Shown: positions 46,777-56,387 of the stretch, piece after piece
Position numbering within the stretch: position 1 is the first letter of the stretch
How the letters are laid out: each line of letters opens with the position of its first letter
Sequence record: PV805638.1
Origin: a phage
DNA: 64,000 nucleotides
Reading direction: 5' to 3' (one strand)
The notes under the pieces: generated by a model
The model's input: the letters and a program-made list of their open reading frames with translations, nothing else
Told to the model about the DNA's origin: nothing
The model's database searches: none
Program-made: the position numbers and the translations under genes

Positions 46777-47979
46777 TTACAGAGGAGCAACAGTCTTAAT
46801 CAGAGCCAGACGTTCTGGGCGTTTAACCAGGATACCGTAGTACCACTTGATGGAACTGAAGCCAGTCTCACCATACGGATCATTACGGTCAGCAGTTTCA
46901 CGACCAGGCATCTTAGTCATGATGGAGAACTTAACAGACTTACCATCAGTCTGGAAGCCAATGGTAGAGAAGGAGTCATCACCAACTACCAGCATCGGGA
47001 ATACGTCGTAGTGTTCCTGACCACTAACCATAGATGAACGGTAACCAGGGTTAGTAGAGACTTGAGCACCAGCACCTGCCCAATGCAGCATCTCAGGAAC
47101 CTGGATAATACGGAACTTGTCGATACAACCAATCTCACCATTCATCAGAGTACCAGCATCAGCATAGTGCTGAACCTCGACAAATGCTTTGTTACCGAAC
47201 AGGTCTTTCATCGCTTTCAGTTCTGGAACCAGTTCAGAACCAACGTACATTACACGAGTACCACCAAGTACTTTGGTATCAGTAAGTTTAGAACCAGTGA
47301 TGATAGTAGTCTGGGTCGGAGTACGGTTCTCAGTAAGAATCTGGTCAAGACGCATCAGGTTCTTATAAGAAACTACAGACGGGGTAAGACCTTCACCAGT
47401 GATGGTAGCATCAGAGGTAGCAGCACCTGCATACAGTACAGTACCAGCAGCAGCCAACAGGTCTTTCTGGAGAACAGCTTCAGTCAGCTGTACAGCACCG
47501 TTCATCAGTTCACGAGACAGGTGTTCTTTCAGTTGGTCATCAGAATCAAAGTCCAGGGACTCTTGGGTAAATTCATAGAAGAAACCGAACTTATGAATGG
47601 AACCTTCACGGGACAGACGAGTAAAGCCTACACGGTTAACACGACCACCGTTCTCTGTCAGCAGAGGCAGTTTAGAAGTGATGTTACCAACGTCTCGGGA
47701 AGAACCATACAGGTTACCATTAACGATGGTAGCACCATTAGCATCAATACCCTGGTCGTTGATGTTCTTATCGTCAAGCAGTGGAACGTATTCGTACACC
47801 TTAACAGTCTTACCGTAGTTCTTCGGCATGTTAATGGTGTTAGCCAGTGGCATGAAGTACTGGTCTTTACGGGACTGAATAATAGCTTTCTTCAGCCAGT
47901 AATAGGTATTCATCTGGTCGGAACCAGAACCATCAATGCTAGATTTCTGGCCGTCAATTGGGGCGTTATAGTTTAACAT
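46777..47979 (-). CDS. Major capsid protein candidate (N4 gp56-like)
   Basis: 400 aa, matching N4 MCP size and position between scaffold-like and downstream structural genes. Confidence 0.55.
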   Translation of the reverse strand: MLNYNAPIDGQKSSIDGSGSDQMNTYYWLKKAIIQSRKDQYFMPLANTINMPKNYGKTVKVYEYVPLLDDKNINDQGIDANGATIVNGNLYGSSRDVGNITSKLPLLTENGGRVNRVGFTRLSREGSIHKFGFFYEFTQESLDFDSDDQLKEHLSRELMNGAVQLTEAVLQKDLLAAAGTVLYAGAATSDATITGEGLTPSVVSYKNLMRLDQILTENRTPTQTTIITGSKLTDTKVLGGTRVMYVGSELVPELKAMKDLFGNKAFVEVQHYADAGTLMNGEIGCIDKFRIIQVPEMLHWAGAGAQVSTNPGYRSSMVSGQEHYDVFPMLVVGDDSFSTIGFQTDGKSVKFSIMTKMPGRETADRNDPYGETGFSSIKWYYGILVKRPERLALIKTVAPL

Positions 47980-47995
47980 ATCATCTTATTCCTGT

Positions 47996-49216
47996 TTAAA
48001 GACTACCCGGTACTGGGAGTTTAGCGAAATCTTCATCACTCATAGCGAGTGGGTTTACAATAGGTGTTGCTTTACGTGTAGCAGCCCGATTAAGGGAAGC
48101 TGCTTTAGCTTGCTCACTGTTAGCCAGAGTCTGCTTAGGTTGTGCTACACGCACTACCGGCTGAACCACTGGTTTAACTGCTTGTACCGGTTCTGGCTTA
48201 GCCACTCGGTTAAATGCCCCTTGTTGTGCAAGGAGGTTACCGACGTGGTTATAAGCCTGAATGAACGGAGTACCTACCGGAATCTGGCCTAACATCTGAA
48301 GACGGTTCACTTCGTTTGCAATGGTGTCATAAATGCCATTCTCACGTTGTTCGTGAATAGTCTGAAGTAGGCCACGATTCTGGTAAAGAGCTTCTTTACT
48401 GGCAGCATCCCATGTCGAGCCGATAACACCTAATGTAGCTTGTCCTTCTTGAGTAGACTTTAAGTCGTCAATTTCGGTTGCAAAATCTGCTTCGGTGTCG
48501 GTAACACGGTGATTGCCACCCTGGTAGTTAATTTCTTCATCTGGATTAAAGTCCAGAGGATCTGTACCAGAGTCTTTGAGCAACTTCTTAATGGCTTCAG
48601 GATTCTTTTTATCCAGGTCAATAAGGAAAGAAAGTTTATCCTCATCCATCAAACCGTTGTTCTGTAACATCAGCATTACCTTACGGTAAGGCTTTAGTTC
48701 TTGCATCTTACGAGTATAGTTAGCACCCATCTGCATCAGGCTAATGGCCTCCTCCGGTGAACGGGGAGTAATCACTTTGCCGTTAGCTTTAAAAGGAGCC
48801 ATCAACTTCTCGTAACCTTCTTTATAGTTGAAGTCAGCAGGCAGACCTTCAGACTGTTTGCCTTCTTCTTTCTGTTCCTGGCCTGGTTCAGTAGTAGAAG
48901 GTTCAGCTTTAGTAATCGGCTCGCCGTTACTATCAACTTCTGTGTCAACAACTTTATCATCAACTTTATCAGAAGTTAAAGAATTTGCTGAATCTTCTTC
49001 GTCTGGTTCGGCTTCAGGGGAGGTTTCTTCAGTTGGTAGGTCTTCAACAGCAGGGGTGTCAACTTCTTCTTCAGGAGTCTGTACGCCGTTGGTTTCTGGG
49101 TTGTTCTGAGTGGAAGTATCTTCCTCAGCGATAATTGCTGGGGCTTCCATATTCAGAATCTCATCATCCGACATTGCGAGAATGTCGGAAGCTGTGGTTG
49201 CAGCTTCCGTAGTCAT
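47996..49216 (-). CDS. Scaffold-like protein with highly acidic N-terminal region
   Basis: 406 aa; Glu/Asp/Thr/Pro-rich low-complexity N-terminus; between portal and capsid genes. Confidence 0.35.
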   Translation of the reverse strand: MTTEAATTASDILAMSDDEILNMEAPAIIAEEDTSTQNNPETNGVQTPEEEVDTPAVEDLPTEETSPEAEPDEEDSANSLTSDKVDDKVVDTEVDSNGEPITKAEPSTTEPGQEQKEEGKQSEGLPADFNYKEGYEKLMAPFKANGKVITPRSPEEAISLMQMGANYTRKMQELKPYRKVMLMLQNNGLMDEDKLSFLIDLDKKNPEAIKKLLKDSGTDPLDFNPDEEINYQGGNHRVTDTEADFATEIDDLKSTQEGQATLGVIGSTWDAASKEALYQNRGLLQTIHEQRENGIYDTIANEVNRLQMLGQIPVGTPFIQAYNHVGNLLAQQGAFNRVAKPEPVQAVKPVVQPVVRVAQPKQTLANSEQAKAASLNRAATRKATPIVNPLAMSDEDFAKLPVPGSL

Positions 49217-49235
49217 AGGAAATATCTCCGGTTAA

Positions 49236-49580
49236 TTATTCGTCTTCAGGTTCAGCACGAACTGCGTCGAGTTCTTCTTCTACCTGTAGAATAACGTCAG
49301 CTTCGTTTTCGCCCATACGAATGGCGAGGTCGAGCCAACGACGTAAGTGACCAGCAGCTTGAGCCATGTTCAATGCATCTGCACGGTTATTAGGTTCAAG
49401 CAGTGGGTCACCAGACTCTTGCACGTAACGTGCACAATCTTCCGTACAGAACTGGCGAAGAATTACTTTACGGAACAATGGATTCTCTAGAAGTTTACGT
49501 ACATCTTCTGCATGTGCAACTGCACCTTTAGCAGCTTCTAGTCGATGTTCCAGCCCAGCGATTGTTGATTCTTTACTCAT
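49236..49580 (-). CDS. Hypothetical virion-associated protein
   Basis: 114-aa ORF between portal and scaffold-like genes. Confidence 0.35.
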   Translation of the reverse strand: MSKESTIAGLEHRLEAAKGAVAHAEDVRKLLENPLFRKVILRQFCTEDCARYVQESGDPLLEPNNRADALNMAQAAGHLRRWLDLAIRMGENEADVILQVEEELDAVRAEPEDE

Positions 49581-49593
49581 GTGAAGGTCTGCC

Positions 49594-51864
49594 TTACAGG
49601 TTCATGCCAAGAGCCGATGCTGGGTCTTGGCTAGGGTCATAGTATTGGGAACTAAGTGAATAAGACGGGTCTTGCTGAGCAGCTAAATCCCGTTCTGGTA
49701 TAGAGTTCACGTTAGTCAAAGTATTATATCCAACAGCTGCAGATATGTTGGGGGTAGTTTCCCCTTCTTTAATAGGTGTTGTCAATGCCTTAGTTATTTG
49801 AAGGTTCTGGTTTCCTTGGGATTGTGCTTTTTGTTTTTCCATATCACGAGCATGTTTAGTACCAGATTCCTGTTCCAGATAATCCAGGTCTTTAAGGTCA
49901 CCACTAGAAGCAGCCTCTTTAGCTTTAGCCATATTGAGTGCAATCTTACTTTGCAACTCTTCATTCTCAAGCTGTGCTTTCTGAATTGCCAATTGCTTAA
50001 GCTGTTCTTCCATAGGGTCTGGTTGTGGTTGCCAAGTACGTAACTCATGAGCCAGGTCAGGCATACGTTTAAGCTCTGCAATCTTAGCTACGAGGGATAA
50101 TGTAATAGTCTGGTCAACCGTATTACCCAATGTTTGAACCATGAAGCTCAAGTCCTGGGATTTCTGGTTATCAATTTCAGCAGTGTTAATATCAACCTCA
50201 ATGTCGAAGTTACCTTTAAGATCTTCACGGTTAATCTCTACATACTGCTCGTTAGTAATACGTACTACTTCCTTCTCAGATAAGAACACAGCATTCATTG
50301 CACAAATCTTAGTACCAATGTCTGCCATACCCTTAGCTAATCGACGAAGGATTGCCATCTCACGCTTGGATGCTGCATCAAGTGCACCACGAATACCAGC
50401 AGCCACATCTCCGTATGCTGAACCAGTTACACCACCGGAGAATGCTTTAACACCAGTTAATGATTCAGCTTCCTGGTTTTGCATCTGGGTCATTATTATT
50501 GCCGACTGAGGTAACTCAGGGAACTTATGTTCCATAATGGCTTGACTAGGATTACCCTGCATTGGGTTGTATTCATAGTCTTGCCCATCGTCATAACGAC
50601 GTCGGTTTAGTGTATCCAACATCCCTTTAGGATAACCACGCTGACCATTTGCACTTCGACCTAACAGGTCAATCATCCCACGCATAGTTGCACCAAGAAT
50701 TGCTTGGTTATCCCCTAATAGTTCAGCATCAGCTTCACCAAAGAGTTCACGTTTACGAGGCATGTAAGGAACAACTACTAAAGGTAATTTGCCGTCAGGG
50801 AATGGGTTCCTCTCCATACGAATAAGGGTAGAACCAATCCAGGTAGCAACAATAGGTTCCAGAGAACCATCATCATTGATGTCGTAGAATCCCCAGTATT
50901 CATAAGCAACAACTTTCTTACGTAGTGCATCCTTAAACTGAAAGTCACTAGGGGTTTTACTTTCATGGTCTGGGTCAGTCATTGGGCTAGAACTTTCCCA
51001 GTCAATCTTATCTAAATTGTGGTAACGGTCTTTGTTCTTCATGAGGTCTGCTTTGCATGTCTCAAATGAGATAACTGCATACAGAGCCTTATCCAAATCA
51101 CCGTTACAGCTTGGGTCAATAACTACGTTATTGGGGTTAAGCATTTCAACGGTAGGTCTGTTAACCAGTGCCTTCTCTACCTCTACTTCAGTAACCCCTG
51201 TCTGGATTGCATACGTAGCTTCTCCAGTTTCATTGAAGTAGTTAACAGCTTCCTTAATATCTTCAGGCATTGTTTCATCATACTCACGAGGATTCTCTGC
51301 CTGAAGCTGTAAAGCCTGTTGAAGAACATCTGCCTGTTCTTGGTTCTCAATTGGATACAACTGGAAGACTGGTGTTTCTGTTTTAATCTTAACGGTCTTA
51401 CGTTCCCAACCAATACGAGCAATACCAGTACCGTCATCTACGACACTGTGTACGTAATCATCTACCAGTTTTACTTTATTAAGCTGTGTACGGAATTGGT
51501 AGTTAAGAACTAATTCATTCTGACGTGCAGCTAACTCATCTTCAAAAGTAACCGGGGTTACTTTAAAGAGTTTGTTAGATGAGAGGAATGGCTCGGATAA
51601 TGGAGCATATCGCCACTCTGCCTGACGGCGAACCAGTCTGGGCTGGACTTGTGATCGTCCTTTAACCTTTGGGGGTTTAGCTTTACCTTTAACTTCCATC
51701 AGGTCATTCCACTCACGAATCTGTGCCATAATCGCATCGTGAGCAGGTTTAGCTGATTCCAAATCACCCTTCAGTAATTGGATACTTGGTTCCTTCTTCC
51801 AGTCCGTTAACTTCTCTGATTGAGCCGGGTCTGGTAAAGGCTTAAAAGTGTCTTGGTGTTCCAT
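49594..51864 (-). CDS. Portal protein candidate (N4 gp59-like)
   Basis: 756 aa, size and position as for the N4 portal. Confidence 0.55.
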   Translation of the reverse strand: MEHQDTFKPLPDPAQSEKLTDWKKEPSIQLLKGDLESAKPAHDAIMAQIREWNDLMEVKGKAKPPKVKGRSQVQPRLVRRQAEWRYAPLSEPFLSSNKLFKVTPVTFEDELAARQNELVLNYQFRTQLNKVKLVDDYVHSVVDDGTGIARIGWERKTVKIKTETPVFQLYPIENQEQADVLQQALQLQAENPREYDETMPEDIKEAVNYFNETGEATYAIQTGVTEVEVEKALVNRPTVEMLNPNNVVIDPSCNGDLDKALYAVISFETCKADLMKNKDRYHNLDKIDWESSSPMTDPDHESKTPSDFQFKDALRKKVVAYEYWGFYDINDDGSLEPIVATWIGSTLIRMERNPFPDGKLPLVVVPYMPRKRELFGEADAELLGDNQAILGATMRGMIDLLGRSANGQRGYPKGMLDTLNRRRYDDGQDYEYNPMQGNPSQAIMEHKFPELPQSAIIMTQMQNQEAESLTGVKAFSGGVTGSAYGDVAAGIRGALDAASKREMAILRRLAKGMADIGTKICAMNAVFLSEKEVVRITNEQYVEINREDLKGNFDIEVDINTAEIDNQKSQDLSFMVQTLGNTVDQTITLSLVAKIAELKRMPDLAHELRTWQPQPDPMEEQLKQLAIQKAQLENEELQSKIALNMAKAKEAASSGDLKDLDYLEQESGTKHARDMEKQKAQSQGNQNLQITKALTTPIKEGETTPNISAAVGYNTLTNVNSIPERDLAAQQDPSYSLSSQYYDPSQDPASALGMNL

Positions 51865-51872
51865 AGTTAATC

Positions 51873-52373
51873 CTATTCAAAAAGTTTACGGTCAGCCTGA
51901 ATTTGCTTACCCAACTCAATTAGTTGGTTGTCACGGAGTCTAACAGTTGCCCGGAGTTCTTCAACCAAACGTCTGCCTTCTTCAAGACTGTTGTCGAGTC
52001 TGGCTGCATGGCTTGCAAGACTTCTGCACTCAAGGGTTCCGGCTTCGGCTTGACGTTTATATACCGATGCTCGTCTTTCAGACTGTTGCATCCGGCTGTC
52101 GTAATCACTGCTAACGCGAGCAAGCTCGCTTGCGTAATTACTCTCAGCCGTCTGCAACCGGGAAGTAAGTAACCCGACTTCATAACTATGGTTTCTTTGG
52201 AGAGCATTGTATTTGTCCTGTAGTTTTTGTGTTGCCTTCTGGTCTTCAACCTTTTGAGCATCCCATCTCTTTTGGACAGTAGACTGTCCATTGGAATTGC
52301 CCCAAAAGTAAATGGTGGCCCCGAGGACCACCACCAGAAGATAAGGCCAACCTTTAGAGATTAGCATCTTCAT
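51873..52373 (-). CDS. i-spanin (Rz-like)
   Basis: N-terminal TM '[16 protein letters not shown]' followed by a coiled-coil-like periplasmic domain. Start placed at an internal Met to limit overlap with the endolysin. Confidence 0.5.
   Translation of the reverse strand: MKMLISKGWPYLLVVVLGATIYFWGNSNGQSTVQKRWDAQKVEDQKATQKLQDKYNALQRNHSYEVGLLTSRLQTAESNYASELARVSSDYDSRMQQSERRASVYKRQAEAGTLECRSLASHAARLDNSLEEGRRLVEELRATVRLRDNQLIELGKQIQADRKLFE
51920..52183 (-). CDS. o-spanin (Rz1-like lipoprotein) embedded in the i-spanin gene
   Basis: '[32 protein letters not shown]' signal peptide with lipobox, then a Pro-rich tail; alternate frame inside the Rz-like gene. Confidence 0.55.
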   Translation of the reverse strand: MKSGYLLPGCRRLRVITQASLLALAVITTAGCNSLKDEHRYINVKPKPEPLSAEVLQAMQPDSTTVLKKADVWLKNSGQLLDSVTTN

Positions 52374-52989
52374 TACATGCCTCCAGTGGTACATTACCGA
52401 TTCGGTTAGCTACCCAACCATACGTAAAGTCTGGCATGTTCAATGAGGTGTAGTGGTTCAATTGTTTAGCATCAAGCAACTTAATCATTACCTGACATGC
52501 TGCAACTTTGCCTCGTTTTTTCTGTAATGCTTTATATGCATTAACAGTACCTGCACCGACTTTACCATCAACTTGTATTTTAGGGTAGTCTTTGCCATCA
52601 CGGGACATTTCATTAAGGGATTGCTGCAACCACTTAGCTGGTCTGGTTACACCGGTATTAACACCAGCATCAACCAGTTTGTGTGTTACAGCAGGAGATA
52701 TATCAGCGAAGGCTACGAAGTTAGGCTTAATAACGTAGTCATCAATGTATATCTCAGCAGCCATCTCTTTAGATAAACCCTTCATGGAACCATCCCAACC
52801 ATACTCAGTAGCCAGAACTTCTTTATGAGACTTAGCTACTGAATGAGTAATACCATGATTAGTTTCCCCGCCTGGGTCACGAGGATTGTTTACGTATCCC
52901 CCTTCCATATAGAACACTGCCCCCAGAATAGCAGCGATAACTCCTCCCACCGCACCCCCTTTTGCAGCAAGTTTCTGTTTAGCTTTCAT
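52354..52989 (-). CDS. Endolysin: GH108-like N-acetylmuramidase with N-terminal SAR-like segment
   Basis: 'EGGYVNNPRDPGGETNHGIT' GH108 signature; Gly/Ala-rich weakly hydrophobic N-terminus 'GGAVGGVIAAILGAVFY'. Confidence 0.65.
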   Translation of the reverse strand: MKAKQKLAAKGGAVGGVIAAILGAVFYMEGGYVNNPRDPGGETNHGITHSVAKSHKEVLATEYGWDGSMKGLSKEMAAEIYIDDYVIKPNFVAFADISPAVTHKLVDAGVNTGVTRPAKWLQQSLNEMSRDGKDYPKIQVDGKVGAGTVNAYKALQKKRGKVAACQVMIKLLDAKQLNHYTSLNMPDFTYGWVANRIGNVPLEACNEDANL

Positions 52990-53239
52990 GAGAATCTTCC
53001 TTTGGATGGAATCGTATTAGTCTACCTACAATGTTTAAGGCAAATAGTGCGATTGTAATACTGGAACCATGTGGAATATCTTCAAGGATGTGACGTGGTA
53101 GTCCCGTCAGCATTGGTTGGATAATATCTACTGTAGAAAACAGAATTACTCCAAATGCACTAATCTGAACAGATGCCCACTTCCAGGACCTCTTCCAGTT
53201 AGGAACTAGCCCTATTTTTCTTTTTAGCTTGCGAACCAT
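52979..53239 (-). CDS. Putative holin/pinholin (two TM helices)
   Basis: Two hydrophobic helices ('VQISAFGVILFSTVDII', 'ITIALFALNIVGRLI'); start placed at internal 'MVRKLKRK'. Confidence 0.35.
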   Translation of the reverse strand: MVRKLKRKIGLVPNWKRSWKWASVQISAFGVILFSTVDIIQPMLTGLPRHILEDIPHGSSITIALFALNIVGRLIRFHPKEDSHES

Positions 53240-53556
53240 GCGAATATCTCCCGTCTTGCAGCAGCCAATACACCAATGATTGCACCTGCCCCAGCCCATA
53301 CCCACTTGCCAAAAATTCCAGCACCTGCAACCTTATGTTTAATGGTGATGAACTCTTCGATGGTAGGTTCAGACTTAGTGATGCTCTCCTCTACCCGTTT
53401 AAGTCGGGTACTAAGGTCACCCATAGACTCACTTAGTTTTTTAATAGACTCTTCCATTTTCTCCCTATCCCTCGATTCACGAGTTTGGTTTTCGAAAATG
53501 TTTCTTAGTCTCTCTTCGAGTCTGGCTAGAGTTACGTTATCTGGTTCATTTCCCAT
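53224..53556 (-). CDS. Membrane-anchored coiled-coil protein (possible lysis regulator)
   Basis: Charged coiled-coil N-terminus and C-terminal TM 'GIFGKWVWAGAGAIIGVLAA'. Confidence 0.3.
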   Translation of the reverse strand: MGNEPDNVTLARLEERLRNIFENQTRESRDREKMEESIKKLSESMGDLSTRLKRVEESITKSEPTIEEFITIKHKVAGAGIFGKWVWAGAGAIIGVLAAARREIFAWFAS

Positions 53557-53803
53557 AGGGATTTTCTCAGGTTAGTTAAGTCGTAATTGACTAAAACAGT
53601 CTACCTAATGACTTGTTTTTGGTACAACAAAAACCCACCCCCCGCAACCTAGTTGGGCTGGTTAAAGCCTGAAATATGGAACAGCAGTCACCAAAACAAC
53701 AAAGACCATACTTAGGGTTGAGACAATCATATGGGTGGCTATATGCGTATAATATTTTTAGGGAGCAAGTGTATACTTGCTCCCCAGAGTTATCTCAGAG
53801 TCA

Positions 53804-56338
53804 TCAGAACACATAATCCAGTTGCGTAAGCTGCTTCAACTGAATCTGCACGGTACTATCCAGAGTTACTGCCGGAACAGTTAAGCCAGAAACACCGATT
53901 GCAAAGTCCGCAATGAACCCGGTAGTAGGATTCTTTACTATATCCGCCCCAGTACCCCCAGAACCTGTACTTGCAAACTGAGTCTGCTTAGTACCATAAG
54001 CATTCCCTGTACCCGCAATAACTAGTTGCCATACACCCCTGCCGAGCGTACCTGGAATACTCAAGCTACCTGAACCAGCAGCCCGAAATATCTTGGTATT
54101 CTCATAGAACATACACTCTTGCAACGTGCAGGTACTTCTCTGCCCGGTACTCACAACCTGATTACCCCGGAAGCTAAAGTTAGTCTGGTCATTCAGAACG
54201 AAGTCACACAGCTTAGCCTCTTGCACCCGCACGTTCATATCCAGAGTGTTGGCATGAGCAATCAGGGACTTAGGAATACCTTGCACCTTATATCCAACAG
54301 CACGATAACTTAAATCCAGAGAGTTGTACTGCTTCACGGAGTTGCCAATCAGCTTAACCGTCTGTCCCCGATATACCTGGGATGCGCTAGCCCCAGCGTT
54401 AACTATAATAGCCTCGGTTGTGTTATTGACAGTCTGACACTTAAGTACAACCGTATTGTGACTGATATCGATATCCTGGTACACCTGGTATGAGCTATCC
54501 CCTGCTCCGGTCGATATAGCTACCCCATCAAAAGCTCTAAGCTCGCAATAGTTGTTGTGAATCTTAACAAAGGGGTTCGGATACGTCGCTGCCGTAGCCT
54601 CCCCGCCGCCACCTACATCGATGCTGCGAGTATACTTTCCACCTATAAGCAGTCCGGAAGTAGCACTAGCAGGAATATCTCTGGAGCGCACATAGTTGTT
54701 GCTAACGATGAGGTTGTATGGTTCGTAGTTTGGATTCCAACCTGCCCCACATTTAGCATATATACCAACTACGCCGTGCTCAAGGCACATGTTCTCCGTG
54801 ATGATTACCTGCCCACCACCGTGGAAGTCAATACACTTACGACGACAGTTCTTAATCTGGTTTTTAGCAACAACTACGTTCCTGATTCTTCGGTTACGCG
54901 CATGCGAAATACCGTACCCAGGGTCGTAGCTATCGTTCAGAACATCATCACCATAAGGGTGTCCAATATTCTGGATATCGTTGGACTCATAGTTTAGTCT
55001 GTAGCCGGACAGTACGTAGATACCTGCACTGTAGCAATCCTTGATGGTACAGCCCATAACCATAACACCGTCAGGTACATCCGTGTCATTCGTATAATCC
55101 GTGCTGCCGTAGGTAGTCGCAATGTTACGGATGCCGATACCAATGCCACCAAAGTTAAAACCGGATACGTGCGAGTTCAGAATAAGGATGCCACGGCAGC
55201 CGCGTTGCACCTTGATACCATTAGCCCAGCTTCCGATGTAACCGCCAAGGAAAGTCCCCCAGGTACTGCGCCACCCATCCAACTGATTACCCGCGTCATC
55301 ATAGTTAGGGAACTGTCCAGCTACACCAGCATAAGCACCAGACGTGTACGCACTGGAGTCAACGGAGTTATTAGGACCTGTAAACAGTGCTGTATCGTAT
55401 CCGAAACGAGCCTCACCTTTCTCTGCATAACCAGTAGGCACATCTATAGCAGGGAACTTGTTAGGGCCACGCACAGTCAGCGATACAGTCACGTTCCGGC
55501 AATTTACAAGGGCAAGTCCGTCCAGCCCATGCGTATTCACAATTATAGTGCCGTTGGAGATACGAATACCTTCCTTATTTACCAGTGCCAGACACGGACT
55601 GTAGTTACGTGTACCGTCGCTGAAGTCAGGCTCAGTAGGGTACGTAGAAGCCAATGCAGGATTTTTTCGAACTAAATATGTCTTTCCTCCTAAATCAATA
55701 TCTCCAGTGGCGGCGTCGAAACATGCCTGCACTGCCAACGTATCGTCGGCAACGCCATCGCCAACCGCCCCCCATCCACGTGGATCGCCATTATCACGCC
55801 AGCGAGCCATTTGTAGTTCGGGGTATTTTGTTGCACCTTCAGGGTCTGAAATCTGTCCTCGTAGCACCACATCCCCAACACTCACCCAAGCACCCAGACC
55901 AACACCACCAGAAGTTTTAGGGGTTGAGTCGGCAGGAACTACTTTAGGCAATACACCATCCCATCGATACTTACCATCGGTAAAGACAACCAGTTCATTC
56001 TTGGTATTAACTGTTACACCAGTATCAAATGAACCAGGTAAGGTTACATACTCTTCACGAGCAACAGCAAGTGCACCTAAGTCCACACTACCAGCAGAGT
56101 GTACTAATACCCCAGATGGACTAAGACTTGCAGCAGTAACCCCTGAACCAATGTCAGCAGGTAAGGAATAAGCACGCTGTGTCTCCTTGTCGTAGATGAC
56201 TTTGTAACCACTTAGTACAGCACCCACTGAGAAGTAAACAACCTCAGATTGCTTAACTCCAAAGTGACGGGCTACTGCTTGTTTATTGGTTAAGATTCCA
56301 GTTGAACCTTTACCACCTTGAGAGAACATTTCGTTCAT
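53804..56338 (-). CDS. Tailspike with pectate-lyase-like beta-helix depolymerase domain
   Basis: 'GWGAVGDGVADDTLAVQACFDAA' motif typical of pectate-lyase-3 type tailspikes; 844 aa. Confidence 0.6.
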   Translation of the reverse strand: MNEMFSQGGKGSTGILTNKQAVARHFGVKQSEVVYFSVGAVLSGYKVIYDKETQRAYSLPADIGSGVTAASLSPSGVLVHSAGSVDLGALAVAREEYVTLPGSFDTGVTVNTKNELVVFTDGKYRWDGVLPKVVPADSTPKTSGGVGLGAWVSVGDVVLRGQISDPEGATKYPELQMARWRDNGDPRGWGAVGDGVADDTLAVQACFDAATGDIDLGGKTYLVRKNPALASTYPTEPDFSDGTRNYSPCLALVNKEGIRISNGTIIVNTHGLDGLALVNCRNVTVSLTVRGPNKFPAIDVPTGYAEKGEARFGYDTALFTGPNNSVDSSAYTSGAYAGVAGQFPNYDDAGNQLDGWRSTWGTFLGGYIGSWANGIKVQRGCRGILILNSHVSGFNFGGIGIGIRNIATTYGSTDYTNDTDVPDGVMVMGCTIKDCYSAGIYVLSGYRLNYESNDIQNIGHPYGDDVLNDSYDPGYGISHARNRRIRNVVVAKNQIKNCRRKCIDFHGGGQVIITENMCLEHGVVGIYAKCGAGWNPNYEPYNLIVSNNYVRSRDIPASATSGLLIGGKYTRSIDVGGGGEATAATYPNPFVKIHNNYCELRAFDGVAISTGAGDSSYQVYQDIDISHNTVVLKCQTVNNTTEAIIVNAGASASQVYRGQTVKLIGNSVKQYNSLDLSYRAVGYKVQGIPKSLIAHANTLDMNVRVQEAKLCDFVLNDQTNFSFRGNQVVSTGQRSTCTLQECMFYENTKIFRAAGSGSLSIPGTLGRGVWQLVIAGTGNAYGTKQTQFASTGSGGTGADIVKNPTTGFIADFAIGVSGLTVPAVTLDSTVQIQLKQLTQLDYVF

Positions 56339-56387
56339 ATAAACCTCATTGTTTTTCTAGGTAAGCCCCCAACTACGGGGGCTTTGA

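Noticed and set aside
53760-53790. Hairpins at 53765-53788 and 56364-56383 as terminators
   Set aside because: Stable stems, but no U-tract follows in the minus-strand transcript direction; may be RNA-stabilising or regulatory hairpins.
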